From NCBI RefSeq assembly GCF_003918875.1, contig NW_025765669.1:3410001-3474000 (forward strand): DNA of 64,000 nt, read 5' to 3'. Positions 13,740 through 27,200 of the stretch are shown piece by piece. Source of the DNA: Haliotis rubra. Lineage: Eukaryota. The notes under the pieces are model-generated. The model had not been told where the DNA came from. It ran no database searches and saw only the letters and a program-made list of their open reading frames with translations. Numbering within the stretch: position 1 is the first letter of the stretch; every line of letters begins with the position of its first letter. Made by a program: the position numbers and the translations under genes.

Positions 13740-14545
13740 AATAAATATGTATATGTACAACATATACAACATGCGACACACACGTTACATTGAATCTCTT
13801 CTCAATATAAGCGCGTGATAAATAAATAGAGCTACCTTATATTGTAATAGGGATGCTTTACATGAAAGTATTGAATACAGTTTTGTAGCATTAATATTTG
13901 ATTGTAGCCATTGCGGAAAATACAGTTGCCTTAAATCATTATATGCAGGACAAAGAAATAGAAATTGTAATTCATTCTCTACAGTATTACAAAATGGACA
14001 GAACCTTTGTGATTTTATAATAGATGAATATCTTCCTTGATTGATATATAAATCATTTAGGCCAAGTCTCAGGCGCATGAAAACACTACGAAGCTTTTAC
14101 TACGTAAGTTGTATAGATACGACTCAGGTTCAAGTAAAGATTTAAACTCACGATAGCAATCATATCTTGAACTTTCATATAAAGATGAATGCCAGTCTTG
14201 TTTAAAGATATCAATAGCCCTGGTACGAAAGAGTTTGATAAATGCATTAACGTCGCCCAGGGTTTGGGATAGCCAAACAAATCCAAAGCCGTATCTAAAC
14301 AAAAGAATACGAATACGGGTTGCCCAAGTATTTTTACCAATATTATCAAGATGGACAATCATATTGTAGGTTTTTTTGGGCAGACGATGTTCTGGCATAT
14401 TTATTACTTTACACCAGTACTTTAAACAGCGAGAGTAAGAAATTATGTACAAAGGAAATCTCCCACATTCACCGTACACCATATTATTAGGGGTAGACAT
14501 CCCAACATTTAAAAACCTTTTACATGCAAGAAGGTGAACCTTTTC
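13740..14545 (-). mobile_element. LINE 3' end fragment (CR1/L2-group-like ORF2 C-terminus)
   Basis: ORFs 14069-14500 (MVYGECGRFPL..LKYWCK..RLPKK) and 13785-14078 (RFCPFC..VENELQFLFLCPAY..LR). Confidence 0.8.
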
Positions 14546-14629
14546 AATGGCATAAAATTACGATACGTAATGTATTCGAATCTATTTGATGTTTAGGATT
14601 TTTTGGCACTGTCACTGCGTGGGGCAGTG

Positions 14630-14994
14630 AGTAGGAGTAGTGGTTAGAGCGTCCGCCCGGAGTGCGGAAGGTCGCGGGTTCGATCCCCGACCGCGTCATA
14701 CCAAAAGACCTTAAAATATGGTACTTGTTGGTCCCTGCCTGGCGCTCGGTATTAGTGGATACAACAAGGACTGGTCGGCTCGGAGTCAGTATAATGTGTC
14801 TGAGTGGGGTATTCATGCTTCACTGCGGCATGTCATCTCAGTGGGCTAGCACTATAAAACCAGCTTAAGTCTGGGCTAGTACAAGCAGCCGCACATACAC
14901 ATACACATACACACGCATGCACGTCGTCATATGAGCGAAATATTCTCAAGCACGACGTTAAACCCAATTTCACCTCACCTCACCTCACCTCACC
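14630..14994 (+). mobile_element. tRNA-derived SINE family C (~360 bp, (CACCT)n tail)
   Basis: A/B-box head GTAGTGGTTAGAGCG..GGTTCGATCCCC. The central GTCATACCAAAAGAC..ATGGTAC..CCTGCCTGGCGCTCGG resembles the Meta/MESC SINE domain as I recall it. Tail GCACGACGTTAAAC(CACCT)n. Confidence 0.85.
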
Positions 14995-15210
14995 CTGGAT
15001 CAGTGCGCATTGTCTGTTTCTGACTGGATGACGTTCAAATAACCTTATAATTTTAGTGGGCCTTTATTGTTTATAAACAATAGAATTGGGAAAATTATAT
15101 TGGAATTTTCAAGTGGAAACTCATATGGTTGATGCACTGTAATTTTGGTCTGTGATATGCTGCTTCACTTTAAAACAATAGTTAATGTTTTACAGTGTCT
15201 TATATTGTAA

Positions 15211-15365
15211 AGGGGCGGTGGGGTAGCCTAGTGGTTAAAGCGTTGGCTCGTCACGCCGAAGACCCGGGTTCGAATCCCCACATGAAGCCCATTTCTGGTG
15301 TCCCCCGCCGTGATGTTTCTGGAATATTGCTAAAAGCGGCGTAAATCCAAACTCAGTCAGTCAGT
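15211..15365 (+). mobile_element. SINE family A
   Basis: Copy with a small internal deletion. Confidence 0.88.
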
Positions 15366-15730
15366 CTTTGATTGTAAAGGGTGTCAGAGAAGTTCTGACA
15401 ATCATTTTGGGAGAAGGTATTTGTAAGAAGTTGGCAGCTATGACAAAAGAAAGTTTGTACTTTGGTGGCGTTAATACTGATGTTGATGTTTATGCGGTCG
15501 GCACCACATCATTACATTACTTAATATATTTTCGTACCATTATCTCACAGACCCAACTGCTAATGAGAATATTAATGAAAATTCACTGTTGTACGGCTGA
15601 CACATATTATTTCATCGTAGCATATGTGTTCGATAATAGAACATGTCTTGAACTCTCGATTCTTACTCTAAATACCGATTGGATGTTTTCAAGCCCCACC
15701 GCCCAAACCCGATCTCACATAATGCAAATT

Positions 15731-15997
15731 ACCCGTGAAGGTCCCGGGTTAGAATTGGTCTTCAGTAACCCATGCTTGTCGTAAAAGGCGACTATGTTTG
15801 TCGTAAGAGGCGACTAACGGGATCGGGTGGCCAGGCTCGCTGACTTGATTGACACATGTCATCGGTTCCCAATTGCGCAGATCGATGCTCATGCTGTTGA
15901 TCACTGGATTATCTGGCCCAGACTCGATTATTTACAGACCGCCGCCATATAGCTGGAATATTGCTGAGTGCGGCGTAAAACTAAACTCACTCACTCA
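15731..15997 (+). mobile_element. Retroposon family B with duplicated GTCGTAARAGGCGAC hairpin
   Basis: Full-length copy with an internal tandem duplication of the hairpin. Confidence 0.88.
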
Positions 15998-16210
15998 CAT
16001 ACATAACTTAATGTTTCTGATTTTGACAATTTTTTCAAAAGGGTGTTTATGCTGTACAACACCAATCGCCCACTCAACCTCGTCACTCCTTTGTTGATTT
16101 GAAGACCCAAACCAGGTCATGATAAAAATACCAACCAACTGACACATTATCTTACTGAAGAATGTGAAGTCTCTGCTAGGTGTGTGTTTCGCACGTGTCC
16201 AGTATCTGGA

Positions 16211-16380
16211 GGGGCGGTGGGGTAGTCTAGTGGTTAAAGCATTGGTTCTTAACGCAGAAGACACGGGTTCGATTCCCCCATGGGTACAATGTGTGAAGCC
16301 CATTTCTGGTGTCCCCCGCAGTGATCTTGCTGGAATATTGCTAAAAGCGGCGTAAAACTAAAGTCGCTCACTCACTCACT
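16211..16380 (+). mobile_element. SINE family A
   Basis: Full-length match. Confidence 0.88.
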
Positions 16381-17907
16381 CAACCCACTCACACACACAC
16401 ACACACACTCATCAATATCTGGACAGTCACTAAATACAACGTGTTCCACTATAATGAGGGGCGATCGAGTTGAAGCGTTATTCTAGCACGACAATGTGTG
16501 ATACTCGATTCTGATTGGCTGAGAACTCACCAAAGCCGTACTTAAATGACAGTTTAAGGACCGCTAATTAAAGTGACCGATTCTTCGCGTATGAATACAA
16601 CGAACTCGTTGACCCTATTGTTTCTAAATAAACATGTCGGACATCGGCAATTTCTATCTCGGCAGCATCTTTGGTGTTTTTGAAGTAAAAAGCGAATGGT
16701 TTGAAGAAGAATTTTCTTGACCCTAATCCCAGTGAAGAAACAGCGAAGCTAGAAAATCCGTCAGCAGCGCAAAAGCGGCAGTATATTCAAAGCGGGTCCA
16801 GATCTACGTGTGTTGTTGTCCAAATGTTTAATTTAGCGGTCTTAAATCAACGATAAAGGACCGTAAAATTGAAAACAGAGTAGCTTTATCTTCTAAGTGA
16901 ACGCCGAAAACCCGGATTCGATTCCGCTCATGGATACAATATGTGAAGCCCTATCCAGGTGTCCACCACCGTAATGTCACTAGACTATTGCTAGAATTGG
17001 CGTAAATATATATTCACCCCTCCCCATCACGTGGATGATGGTGCCCTGAATGTCCGCCTCGGGGTGTGACGCTCGTATTGACGCCACAGGCGCTACTATG
17101 GGTGTTGTAATATCAGTGTGAGAAACAGCTGTGGTGTAGATAGTCCTGGTGCTTAGTATCAGACAATTATCAAATTAAGAACCTTTCAGTGCCCCGTGGC
17201 CAACTGTCATGACACCCCACCCCCTGGCTGTCACGTGACGTTATTCCATAATAGCATCAGAAGCCAGTGGATCAACGAAGCTGAATCTTCCCGGTCAGAG
17301 ATTCGAATCGGAAATTCAAAATGGCCGCCAATTCACATTTCAAAACGAGCTTGAAACGTCTTTTGCTTTATTGTTTTGTTTGTACCCACATGGGTACAAT
17401 GTGTGAAGCCCATTTCTGGTGTCGCCCGCCCTGATATTGCTTGAATATTGCTGAACGCGGCATAAAACTATACTCACTCACTCGCTCAAGGCATCATGAC
17501 AACATTCGGTACCACTGACGCTCTCCCAAACATGGGGTTCCCCCTGTTTCTCGGGGTCACGGAGTAGTCAGCACGACTACCATGCTCCTCCGTTTAAGCA
17601 AGACAATAAACGGACTTTATTCAATTTGGATTTTATTCTTTTACATAAAGATCACAAAACTGTCAAGCCAGACTCACGCTCGTGTTATCACAATATACTG
17701 TACCGATTTCCCTGTTCTGTTATCAGTTATGACTTTAATGTGGGCCAAGATAGTGAACACGGATGGTCGTACTGCTGGACAGACGAGCCTTTGCTGACTG
17801 TCTATTAGGTCAAATATAACGGTCAACATTTTCGAGCTTTTCAAGGCTTTAAAATCTGAATATAACCTTTCATGGCCGTGTTACGGGGGTGACTTAATTT
17901 TCCAACT

Positions 17908-18062
17908 GTGAGTGAGTTTAGTTTTGCGCCGCTTTTAGCAATGTTCCAGCAATCTCACAGACACCAGAAATGGGCTTCACACATTGAACCCATGTGGGGA
18001 ATAGAATCTGGATCTTCGGCGTGACGAGCGAACGCTGTAACCACTAGGCTAACCCATCGGCC
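17908..18062 (-). mobile_element. SINE family A
   Basis: Diverged copy. Confidence 0.85.
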
Positions 18063-18222
18063 TAATTTTCCAATAATCAACTTTAAATCAATAATAATAT
18101 AATATAACAAGATGTCTTAATAATATAATCGACAGCAAATAATCTCCATAAGCCGTTCAATATTTCACCAGCTACAGCTATTGGTGCCCACATTGCAACA
18201 CTTTTGACCTACTGCCGAGCAT

Positions 18223-18385
18223 GAGGCGGTGGGTTAGCCTAGTGGTTAAAGCGTTCGCTCGTCACTCCGATTACCCGGGTTCGATTCCCCACATGGGTAC
18301 TAAGTGTGAAGCCCATATCTGGTGCCCACCGCCTCAGTATTGCTGGAATATTGTTAAAGGCGGCGTAAAACTAAACTCAATCACT
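18223..18385 (+). mobile_element. SINE family A
   Basis: Full-length match. Confidence 0.88.
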
Positions 18386-18567
18386 TAAGCATTACAGGGA
18401 GGGCTAGGCAGTAGGGAAAATAATGTGGTTCAGGGACTGTGACACCGACACCACCAGGAGCATTTTACCCCGATATAGCAAAGTAAACCTTTTTCTAATT
18501 AATGCTTACGTTTGTCAGCGCCATACCCACCTCATACATCCGAGGCCTGCATAACTTCGGGCTTTTA

Positions 18568-18722
18568 GGGGGCGATGGGGTAGCCTACTGGTTAAAGCGT
18601 TCGCTCGTCACGTCAAAGACCAGGGTTCGATTCCCCACATGGGTAAAATGTGTGAAGCCCATTTCTGGTGCCCCCCGCCGTAATATTGCTAGAATATTGC
18701 CGTAAAACTAAACTCATTGACT
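18568..18722 (+). mobile_element. SINE family A
   Basis: Near full-length match. Confidence 0.85.
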
Positions 18723-19157
18723 CGCTACTTCGGACTATTTGCCTAAATTTGATGACACGCCGTGAGTACTGTTGACAATGGCGTTCAACCAAGCTCCACC
18801 CACACATAAACTTGGCCATTTCTCTCGCCCCTGCACAAGAATCCTGTGTTGTACAGAGACTATGCAAGGGTTATTCCACAATAGATTAAGTAACCCACAG
18901 ATTAAAGGTGCGTTAAACTCGCCCACACTTAACATGGGGATATGTGATAAGGGGTTGTAAGCAAATCTACGGCAACAGCACGACTTGACATTATCGTAGT
19001 GCATGTCTGTGTACAATTATGTAACAACGTTTATCTTTCACCTCGTGACACATGTGTCACGTGGTGGTTCTTCTAATCATAACTGCATCTGACTATCCAA
19101 CCACTATATAGGGTGTTGAATCTGTACATCCAATCACTAGTTCACTGAAACTACAAG

Positions 19158-22100
19158 ATGGCCACGACACAGATCTCTATCCTTGTCCTGGCTTTGATTG
19201 CAGCGGCGGCGGCGGCGGTTTCAGGTAGACAATAGAATTGTGTAGTACGTTATAGAGGGCTGTTCTGAAGTCCTGGGCCTATCCACAACGCGTTCGTACC
19301 ACTACGATATTCGTAAGCCCACGATAAACTGTATACCTACGATATGTCGTTACACTACGAATGCTTTGTGGATCGGGCCCCTGACTTTGCCATTGTGGCT
19401 ACGGTTGGTCTGGTCTTCTAAGGGGCGGTAATTCACTGGGCAGAGTTGCGTCCCTTGGTCATGTAAGTCATTGGTTCAATACTAAATATTCTTTGATTAT
19501 GGTTTGAGATCCTTGGTTTGGTCCGTACAGTGTACGTGTTCACGAGTTTCAACGGGGATGAATGAAAATACCGGAACCACTTGGGTATTTACTTGACAAT
19601 GGACTCAAACACCTCGTTATCATAAATACTGGTCAAATTTAATCTAAACTCACGATTTTACTAACAGCCGTAGGGAAATACTTTGTCAACAAAAGCTGTG
19701 ATCTCTGATGTTGCCTTATATCTCCGTGCGAGAGCGTAAATGTATTCGTAAAATGTACCAGCGGTGACATCCGTCAACACCCAGAGACAAACACACGCAA
19801 AGGCAAGTGAAGTGTTCACCTGACCAAACACGGGGACATATGGTACAAGCCAATGTAGGGAATTACATCGGACTAATTAATTTTTGTTATTGATGTTAAG
19901 GGCGGTGGGGTAGCCCAGTGGTTAAAGCGTTGGCTCGTCACGCCGAAGACCCGGGTTCGAATCCCCACATGGGTACAATGTGTGAAGCCCATTGCTGGTG
20001 TCCCCCGCCGTGATGTTGCTGGAATATTGCTAAAAGCGGCGTAAAACCTAAGTCAGTCAGTCAGTCATTGATGTTACAGTTTTGGAAATATATTCTGCGT
20101 GTGTCGTGAAACGTTTTAAAAGCTTCACAAATGCCTTAAATGCTGTTACCATCCTGTAACGCCTTCATGGGAAGTGCCATATGCCAATCTGTAATATCAC
20201 GCATTTTCGGATCTTTTTAATGCTGGAAATAGATTAAGCAACGCGCTATTAATAGGTTTGTGTGTTTGTCAACATCACCGTCGTCGTCATCATCATCATT
20301 ATTATTGCTTCAAAGTATTTAAGGACGGGCTCAGATTTATGGAGACCTGGTATCTTTTTGGACGTAGCCTAAAAATTAAAACCAAAAATGCTAAGGAAAG
20401 ATATGTTTTAACAAATGATGTCTTTATCGTGTTGTTTAATGTTATACCCGCCAGGACCCTGTGCTGTGCGTCACCAACAGTATCTGGATGCGGAGCAGCA
20501 CCTACTTGGGTCCTCGGAACCACTGTGCGAGATTGACGGTACTTACAAGCCCAAGCAGTGCAGAGGAGCTGGGTAGGTGCACATCTTCCATTGTTCTGGT
20601 GTATAGGGTTAGCCTAGTGGTTAAAGCGTTTGCTCGTCACGCCGAAGACCCGGTTCGAATCCCCACATGGGTACAATGTGTGAAGCCCATTTCTGGTGTC
20701 CCCTGCCGTGATGTTGCTGGAATATTGCTAAATGCGGCGTAAAACCATACTCACTCCCTCACTCTTCCATTGTTGTTGGCAATGTATCTCATTTTCTTGT
20801 GTAAAGTAACTCTGTCTCCTGAGGCACTTCTATGGCCTTTGAGCATATAGCTGGAATATTGCTGAGTGCGGCGTAAAACTAAACTCACTCAATGGGCTTC
20901 GGCGTGACGAGCGAACGCTTTAACCACTGGACTACCCCACCGCCCCGACATAAAGCTGACACGCCTAGTGGAATGAAAATGCTTTTACGTAGATCCAGTG
21001 CGTGGGTGCATAGGTGTTGTTAATTTTTGCCACTGCACTCAACAATATTGAGATATTAAATGCCAATCAGTGTAGAAGCACTTGACCTTGGGAACGGTGG
21101 CTCTGTGGCTCTGTCATCGGAGGCCAAATTCACTTTGCAGAGACCGTAGAGCGGAAGGTCGCGGGTTCGATCCCCGACCGCATCGTACCAAAAGACGTTA
21201 AAATATGGTACTTGTTGGTCCCTGCCTGGCGCTCGGCATTAATGGGTACAACAAGGACTGGTCGGCTCGGAGTCAGTATAATGTGTCTGAGTGGGGTATT
21301 CATGCTTCACTGCGGCATGGTATCTCAGTTGGCTAACACTACAAAACCAGCTTAAGTCTGGGCTAGTACAAGCAGCCGCACAAACGCATACACACGCATG
21401 CACGTCGTCATATGAGCGACATATTCTCAAGCACGACGTTAAACCTTTTCAACTTCATGCAAACCTCACCTCACCTCACCTCCACCCCACCTCACNNNNN
21501 NNNNNNNNNNNNNNNNNNNNNNNNNNNNNNNNNNNNNNNNNNNNNNNNNNNNNNNNNNNNNNNNNNNNNNNNNNNNNNNNNNNNNNNNNNNNNNNNNNNN
21601 NNNNNNNNNNNNNNNNNNNNNNNNNNNNNNNNNNNNNNNNNNNNNNNNNNNNNNNNNNNNNNNNNNNNNNNNNNNNNNNNNNNNNNNNGGTATGTCGTGT
21701 CCAGACACGGATGTTTATAGGCCACCGTGATATATCTCGATTTCTGAATACTCAACATTGTATAAAACCTGGTTTCTGCAGCTGCTACTGTGTCGATTCT
21801 GACGGTATCGACCTCGGCTACTTCAACAACTACGGCGCTGGCACAGACAACATGGACTGCAGTAAGTACTAAACAACGTATATTCCAATTAGAACCAACG
21901 TTGTTCAGGTGTTTATTATTTATTAGCTTCCAAGAAACATCTGTGTTCCGGATTTGATTTTTAACATGTAACCGTTTTAATGTTTAACCATAATGATAAT
22001 TCCTGCGGCGTAAAATAACTCCCTTCAGATCCAAGAAGACCAACTTCATTGAATCCACCATAGTTTCGTGTCAAAATATATATACTGGACAAAAATAGTT

Positions 22101-22488
22101 AGGGATATATGTAAATTTGGAAATTATGAATAATGATCTATTTATTCATTGACACACTGATAAAATATAAATCATAAAAATACCAATATCCCTAACTTAT
22201 TTTGTCCAGTATAATTAATGACAGGCAAGGAATATAACATGCGGACTGAATATAGACATACATATATATTATGTCGTTTTATTCACTACTTTTTAAGCCT
22301 GTGCTCGGGACAAAGCCGCCTACTTGAAGACCGGGCTCATTGGCAAGCTCTTCTTCTGCGACAACAAAGGAAGCTACAGCAAGAAACAGTGCACGGGTTC
22401 TGTCTGTTTCTGCGCAGACGTCAACGGCAAGATGCCGAGCAACGGCCAAACTGTCAACATCGGTGAAATGGACAAGCTCCAGTGTTAG
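19158..22488 (+). CDS. Secreted protein with two thyroglobulin type-1 domains (thyropin-like cysteine protease inhibitor), gene Tg-A
   Basis: Exons 19158-19224 (signal peptide MATTQISILVLALIAAAAAAVS), 20455-20572 (GPCAVRHQQY..PLCEIDGTYKPKQCRGAG), 21782-21861 (CYCVDSDG..MDC) and 22298-22488 (CARDK..FCDNKGSYSKKQCTGSVCFCADVNG..LQC*). Phases 1,2,1 are consistent. TATATA at 19105, AATAAA at ~22542. Confidence 0.9.
19899..20066 (+). mobile_element. SINE family A (intronic)
   Basis: Full-length copy; flanks repeat ATTGATGTTA (TSD-like). Confidence 0.9.
20606..20763 (+). mobile_element. SINE family A (intronic)
   Basis: Near full-length match. Confidence 0.85.
21145..21495 (+). mobile_element. SINE family C (intronic), ending at the assembly gap
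   Basis: Matches the 14630 copy; 5' end truncated. Confidence 0.85.
21496..21688. other. Assembly gap (N run) inside intron 2 of Tg-A
   Basis: 193 consecutive N. Confidence 1.
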
Positions 22489-24293
22489 GGGTGACCCTCA
22501 TATGTTGTGTTTCTATGCGACATTGACCTCTTTATACGATGAATAAACCAAAATGAATCATTTTCTGGTGTTCTGTTTCACGTAGGTTTCTGAATATGAC
22601 ATTTCCAATGCAGCCAGAACATCACCAGGTCTTATCCATTATTTATAGCATGAACCTCATCTGTTCAATCTGAGATATTATCGTTAACATGATTTTAATT
22701 TTAATCGATATTAACATTAACGTAGACGTAACGCCACAAGATGAAAAAAAATATTCGGTGAACTCCCAAAGTCGAAAGATATGTTTATCTCTTGCCTAAA
22801 GCAAATACCAACCAAAGGAAGAAGAAGAGACTGGCTGGGGAAGAAAGAAATGGGAGGCATAAAAGACCATGTCCCTTTGACAATAGGACTGGGAAATCAG
22901 GCGGGCGTCTGATTTCATAACATGCTGTCGTATCATGGCGGAAGTACTGCTGTACGTTGTCAAGGAACAAACTTAGACTTTTACATGCAAATTGTGTGCA
23001 TGACGGTACTACCAGTAGGACAGAACATGCCTAATATTACCCTGTTTTCGAAAATCTAGCATCTATTAATTTTCAGCGATCCATTCATGTAATTTTTACT
23101 GCTATTTTGCCTCTCGTCCAATGTAATCAGTTACAATGGAGTATCGGGACTGGTTAATATTACCCACGTGGTCAACGTATGGGTAGTTGCATACTGATCT
23201 CGTACGTCACACGGGTGTCGTAACGACTTGACCTGAGATTCTAACGATTTGATTGGATAACCGATGACCTCTCAATTAGGTCACGTTGTGACGGAACTAC
23301 TTTTTCATTCATAACAAACACGTGAATTCATTCATTCTACAACTTATATGCATTGTGGGAATGTAAACATTTCTTTCACTCGGTCAGATACCATAGGAAG
23401 GACACTCGTTTCGTATAATTCGTATGTAATGAGACCTCGTGTAGTATTCTCTATTTCTCTGGCGTTGACGTCATCCTAAATGACGTCATAGTATACAAAT
23501 ATACAATACCCTATGCCCATGGGATATACGTTACACCCTCATCTTCAGCAGCCTGTGACTGTTCCATTTTTCGTGCGGTGTCAATACACGCTACAGCCAT
23601 TGGCTACAGATCGGGGGGAGGGGTCCGAACACACACACACACACACACACACACTGATAAAACACACACACACACACACACACTGATAACACACACACAC
23701 ACACCCTTTGAAAATTCCTGGAACCGCCCTTGGAGCCTACAGCAATATCTTGCGTCCGGGCTCCAACCAATTTGGGGGCTTTGCTAGAAACAACTAGTCC
23801 ATTATGCTAAAATATGTTGATATTAGACCCCAAATTCGGGATCCTTCAGAGCACGGGTTTTGAACAAGACATACTTGTTTGTCTTTTAATGCTTTAGGGT
23901 CAGAAGCAGTGTTGCAAAAGAAACTGTAAATGGTAGCTAAGGGCACTGCAATGGTGGACTAGACTTGCGGTTAAAGCGTTGGCTCATCACGCCAAATAAC
24001 GTGTTTGATTCCCATATTGGTAGAAGGGATGAAGCTCATTACACACAGGAAAGTTGCCATAGAAACTCGGTTGGTCTTCGTAGGTCATTGTAACAGAATC
24101 ATGGACAGGACATGTATATTACAGAAAGGGAATCGCATATCTTCGTACCTTTAGGCTCAGGATTTTGGTCACTAAATCACGTGGCTTATCATTGCCCAAC
24201 AGACGGTTATCTAGTACCATTTCACGCGTCCTGTGTTGAAGCGGTATAACTGGACACGCACATCGTAGAGTTTAAGAATAGCTAACATAAGCA

Positions 24294-27200
24294 ATGAAAC
24301 TGCTGGTCGTGTTTTGTGCATTCGTGGCTGGAGCTCTGGGGCAGAATGGCCTACCAATAAACACAGGATGTTCCCCTACGACATGTTTGGCAGTGTTCTG
24401 CATGTCAGCCCAGAACTGTGACGGACGGGTAGAACCGCATGGCGGCTTCTGCGGCTGTTGCCCAATATGTGTCAAGCAGCTATGTAAGTATAATAAGCTC
24501 ATTTTGTTCCGTTCCTGACAGTGGCGACGCGGTAGGCCATGACTACCAGAATCTGCTGGACTTGTGAGCGAGTGGGTTTAGTTTTATGCCGCTTTTAGCA
24601 ATATTTCAGCAATATGATGGACACAAAATCAACCAAGTCACTGAGTCAGTCAGTCAGTGTACATGACTTTACGTCTTTTTAGCAATAATCCAGAATCACA
24701 ACAAGAAATGCCAGAAATGGGCTTCACACATTGTACCCATATGTACAATCAAACCTGGGCCTTCGGTGTGACGAGCGAACGCTTTAACCACCAGACTACC
24801 CCACCGCCCTGATCGTGGACTTGACGTCTTTAAATTACAGCTCCCAAACTGTATATGTTAGCATATTACCGTTTATCCTCACAATTTGGCATGACAATGT
24901 TTCTCGAACCTTGGAAGATTCGAATTAATTTTTGGTTTTAATGAAATAGATATTTTCATGTACATGTACATCGAGTGCATAGCCGTTAAGATCCGGGTTA
25001 GAATTGGTCTTCAGTTCCCCATGCTTGTCATAAGAGGCGACTTAATGGGATCGGGTGATCTGGCTCGCTGACTTGGTTGACACATGTCATCGTATCCCAG
25101 TTGGGAAGATCGATGCTCATGCCGTTAATCACTGGATTGTCTTGTCCAGAGTCGATCATTTTCAGACCTCCGCCATTTAGCTAGAAACATTGCTGAGTGC
25201 GGCGTTAAACAACAAACCAACAACCCGAACCTTGACTGTCAGAATATCCCACAAAAACTCGCCTCCTCTAATTTTCTCCTGACAACGTTCCCTCACTTTT
25301 CATTTCTTTTCATCTAAAGCTGCCGGCGACGCGTGTGGCCCCGGCCATGTTACCGTGGACATTTACGCTCACGAGTGCGGCAAGGGTCTTCAGTGTGATC
25401 CTTCCTCTCATACCTGTGTCAAAAGCACAAGAAGCACTGGTAACTTACACCATTGAATCTGTATTGACAATCATGTATGCATCGTAATCATCTTGAAGTG
25501 ACTAGGACCTGAGGCAGAATCAAACCTGACACTGCACTGCACTGCACGAAGATCCGGGGTAGAATTGGTATTCAGCAACCCATGCTTGTCATAAAAGGCG
25601 CCTAACGCCTAACGGGATCGGGTGGTCAGGCACGCTGACTTGGTTGACACATGTCATCGTATCCAAAATGTGTAGATCGATGCTCATGCTATTGATCACT
25701 GGATTGTCTGGTCCAGACTCGATTATTTACAGACCGCCGCCATATAGCTGGAATATTGCTGAGTGTGGCGTTTACCAACCAAACAACCTGCGCCACGCAA
25801 CACCACGCCACGCCACGCCACGCCACGCCACGCCACGCCATTTCAGACTGAGAATGTACTGTACACGCTATTTGCTCGCTGAATGGCGGTATCTACTAGT
25901 ATTCATATTGCCCTTTGGAAACCATTTCAGCATTATTTCTATTTTACTATTTTCGTATAAACTTCGATCGCATTCAGACATAATTAATCACTTAACATTT
26001 ATGGTGTATCAAATCTCCTCAGGGATGTCGTCGATGAAAATAACTCAAATTAAATCAGATTTGAACACGGTGTACGCAGTGTGCGAAATAGTTTCTAAAT
26101 TTGGCTAGCCAGTCTGGCTAGCTATGCCTGAAAGTTACCAGCCCACAAAATTCACTAGTCCGCAATTTGAACGTAGAAACTAAGCAAATGATTGCAAAAA
26201 ATAGATGAGAATAAGATATTGTCGGCATGACACGGGTTTCATCATGAAGCTGCTAATATAATGAACATTTTTATCAGCCTATAATCTTACATGATTTATA
26301 AGTGTATTATAATTTAACAAGTCGGAGAGAGTGATATATTTACAAAATGAACCCATGAAAATTCACTAGCCAGTCGGGCCAGTGACTGTGGAGATATACT
26401 GCCCCGAGTGGATTTTTATTAGCCACGGGCTCGCAGGCCAGTGGTTATTTCGCACACTGGGTGGACGTCTGTTCAGAGAATAGTAGCAAATGTCTTTGAA
26501 TGCCTGTTAAATATTCTCCATTCTTAACATCGCCTGTTAAATATTATCCACCATATCCACAAAGCGTTCGTAGCGTTACGTCATTCGTAAGCCAATGGTG
26601 TTGTGTCGTAACGTTACGAACGCTTTGTGGATCGGGACCCTGGGACATTAATGACATTTCAGACTAAACACGACAACTGTGTTACGCAATTTCGTAATGA
26701 TGCTTCAACATACTAATATTTTTGTTACCTTAAAAACTACGACGGTAGCAAAGACGATATACCAAGTTACTCGTGCTTTGAGATAAGCAAAGTGGTGACA
26801 CTGCGTCCTAATCACAGGCCCTCGTTTCCTTGAGAGGATTAAAGATTTATTTTTTTAAATATATAAAAAATTGAGATGACCCCCGACTTCACAGTCATGA
26901 TGTTTTGTACTTTGAGGCATGATGTGTCTGAGGTCATCTCAAAAAACAATATTTTCTCATCCTTAATCCTCTCAAAGACACGAGGGCCTGTGATATAAGC
27001 GGACTGTTATAATTTCTATCAGGCTGATGTACCAACAACTCAAATTTGCGCGTATATGGTCTCTGTCTTGTCAGTCCGAGAGACGCGATATCTCTTCTGT
27101 CAGTTTCCACACATGCTCAAAAACATGTTCTCTAAAAGGCGTTGAAAAAATGTTATTTTTCACAGATAGGGGGCTCATAATATTTCTTGTAATTGTTGTA

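Noticed and set aside
21291-21872. ORFs spanning X residues
   Set aside because: Artefacts of the N gap. Only 21782-21861 is a real exon.
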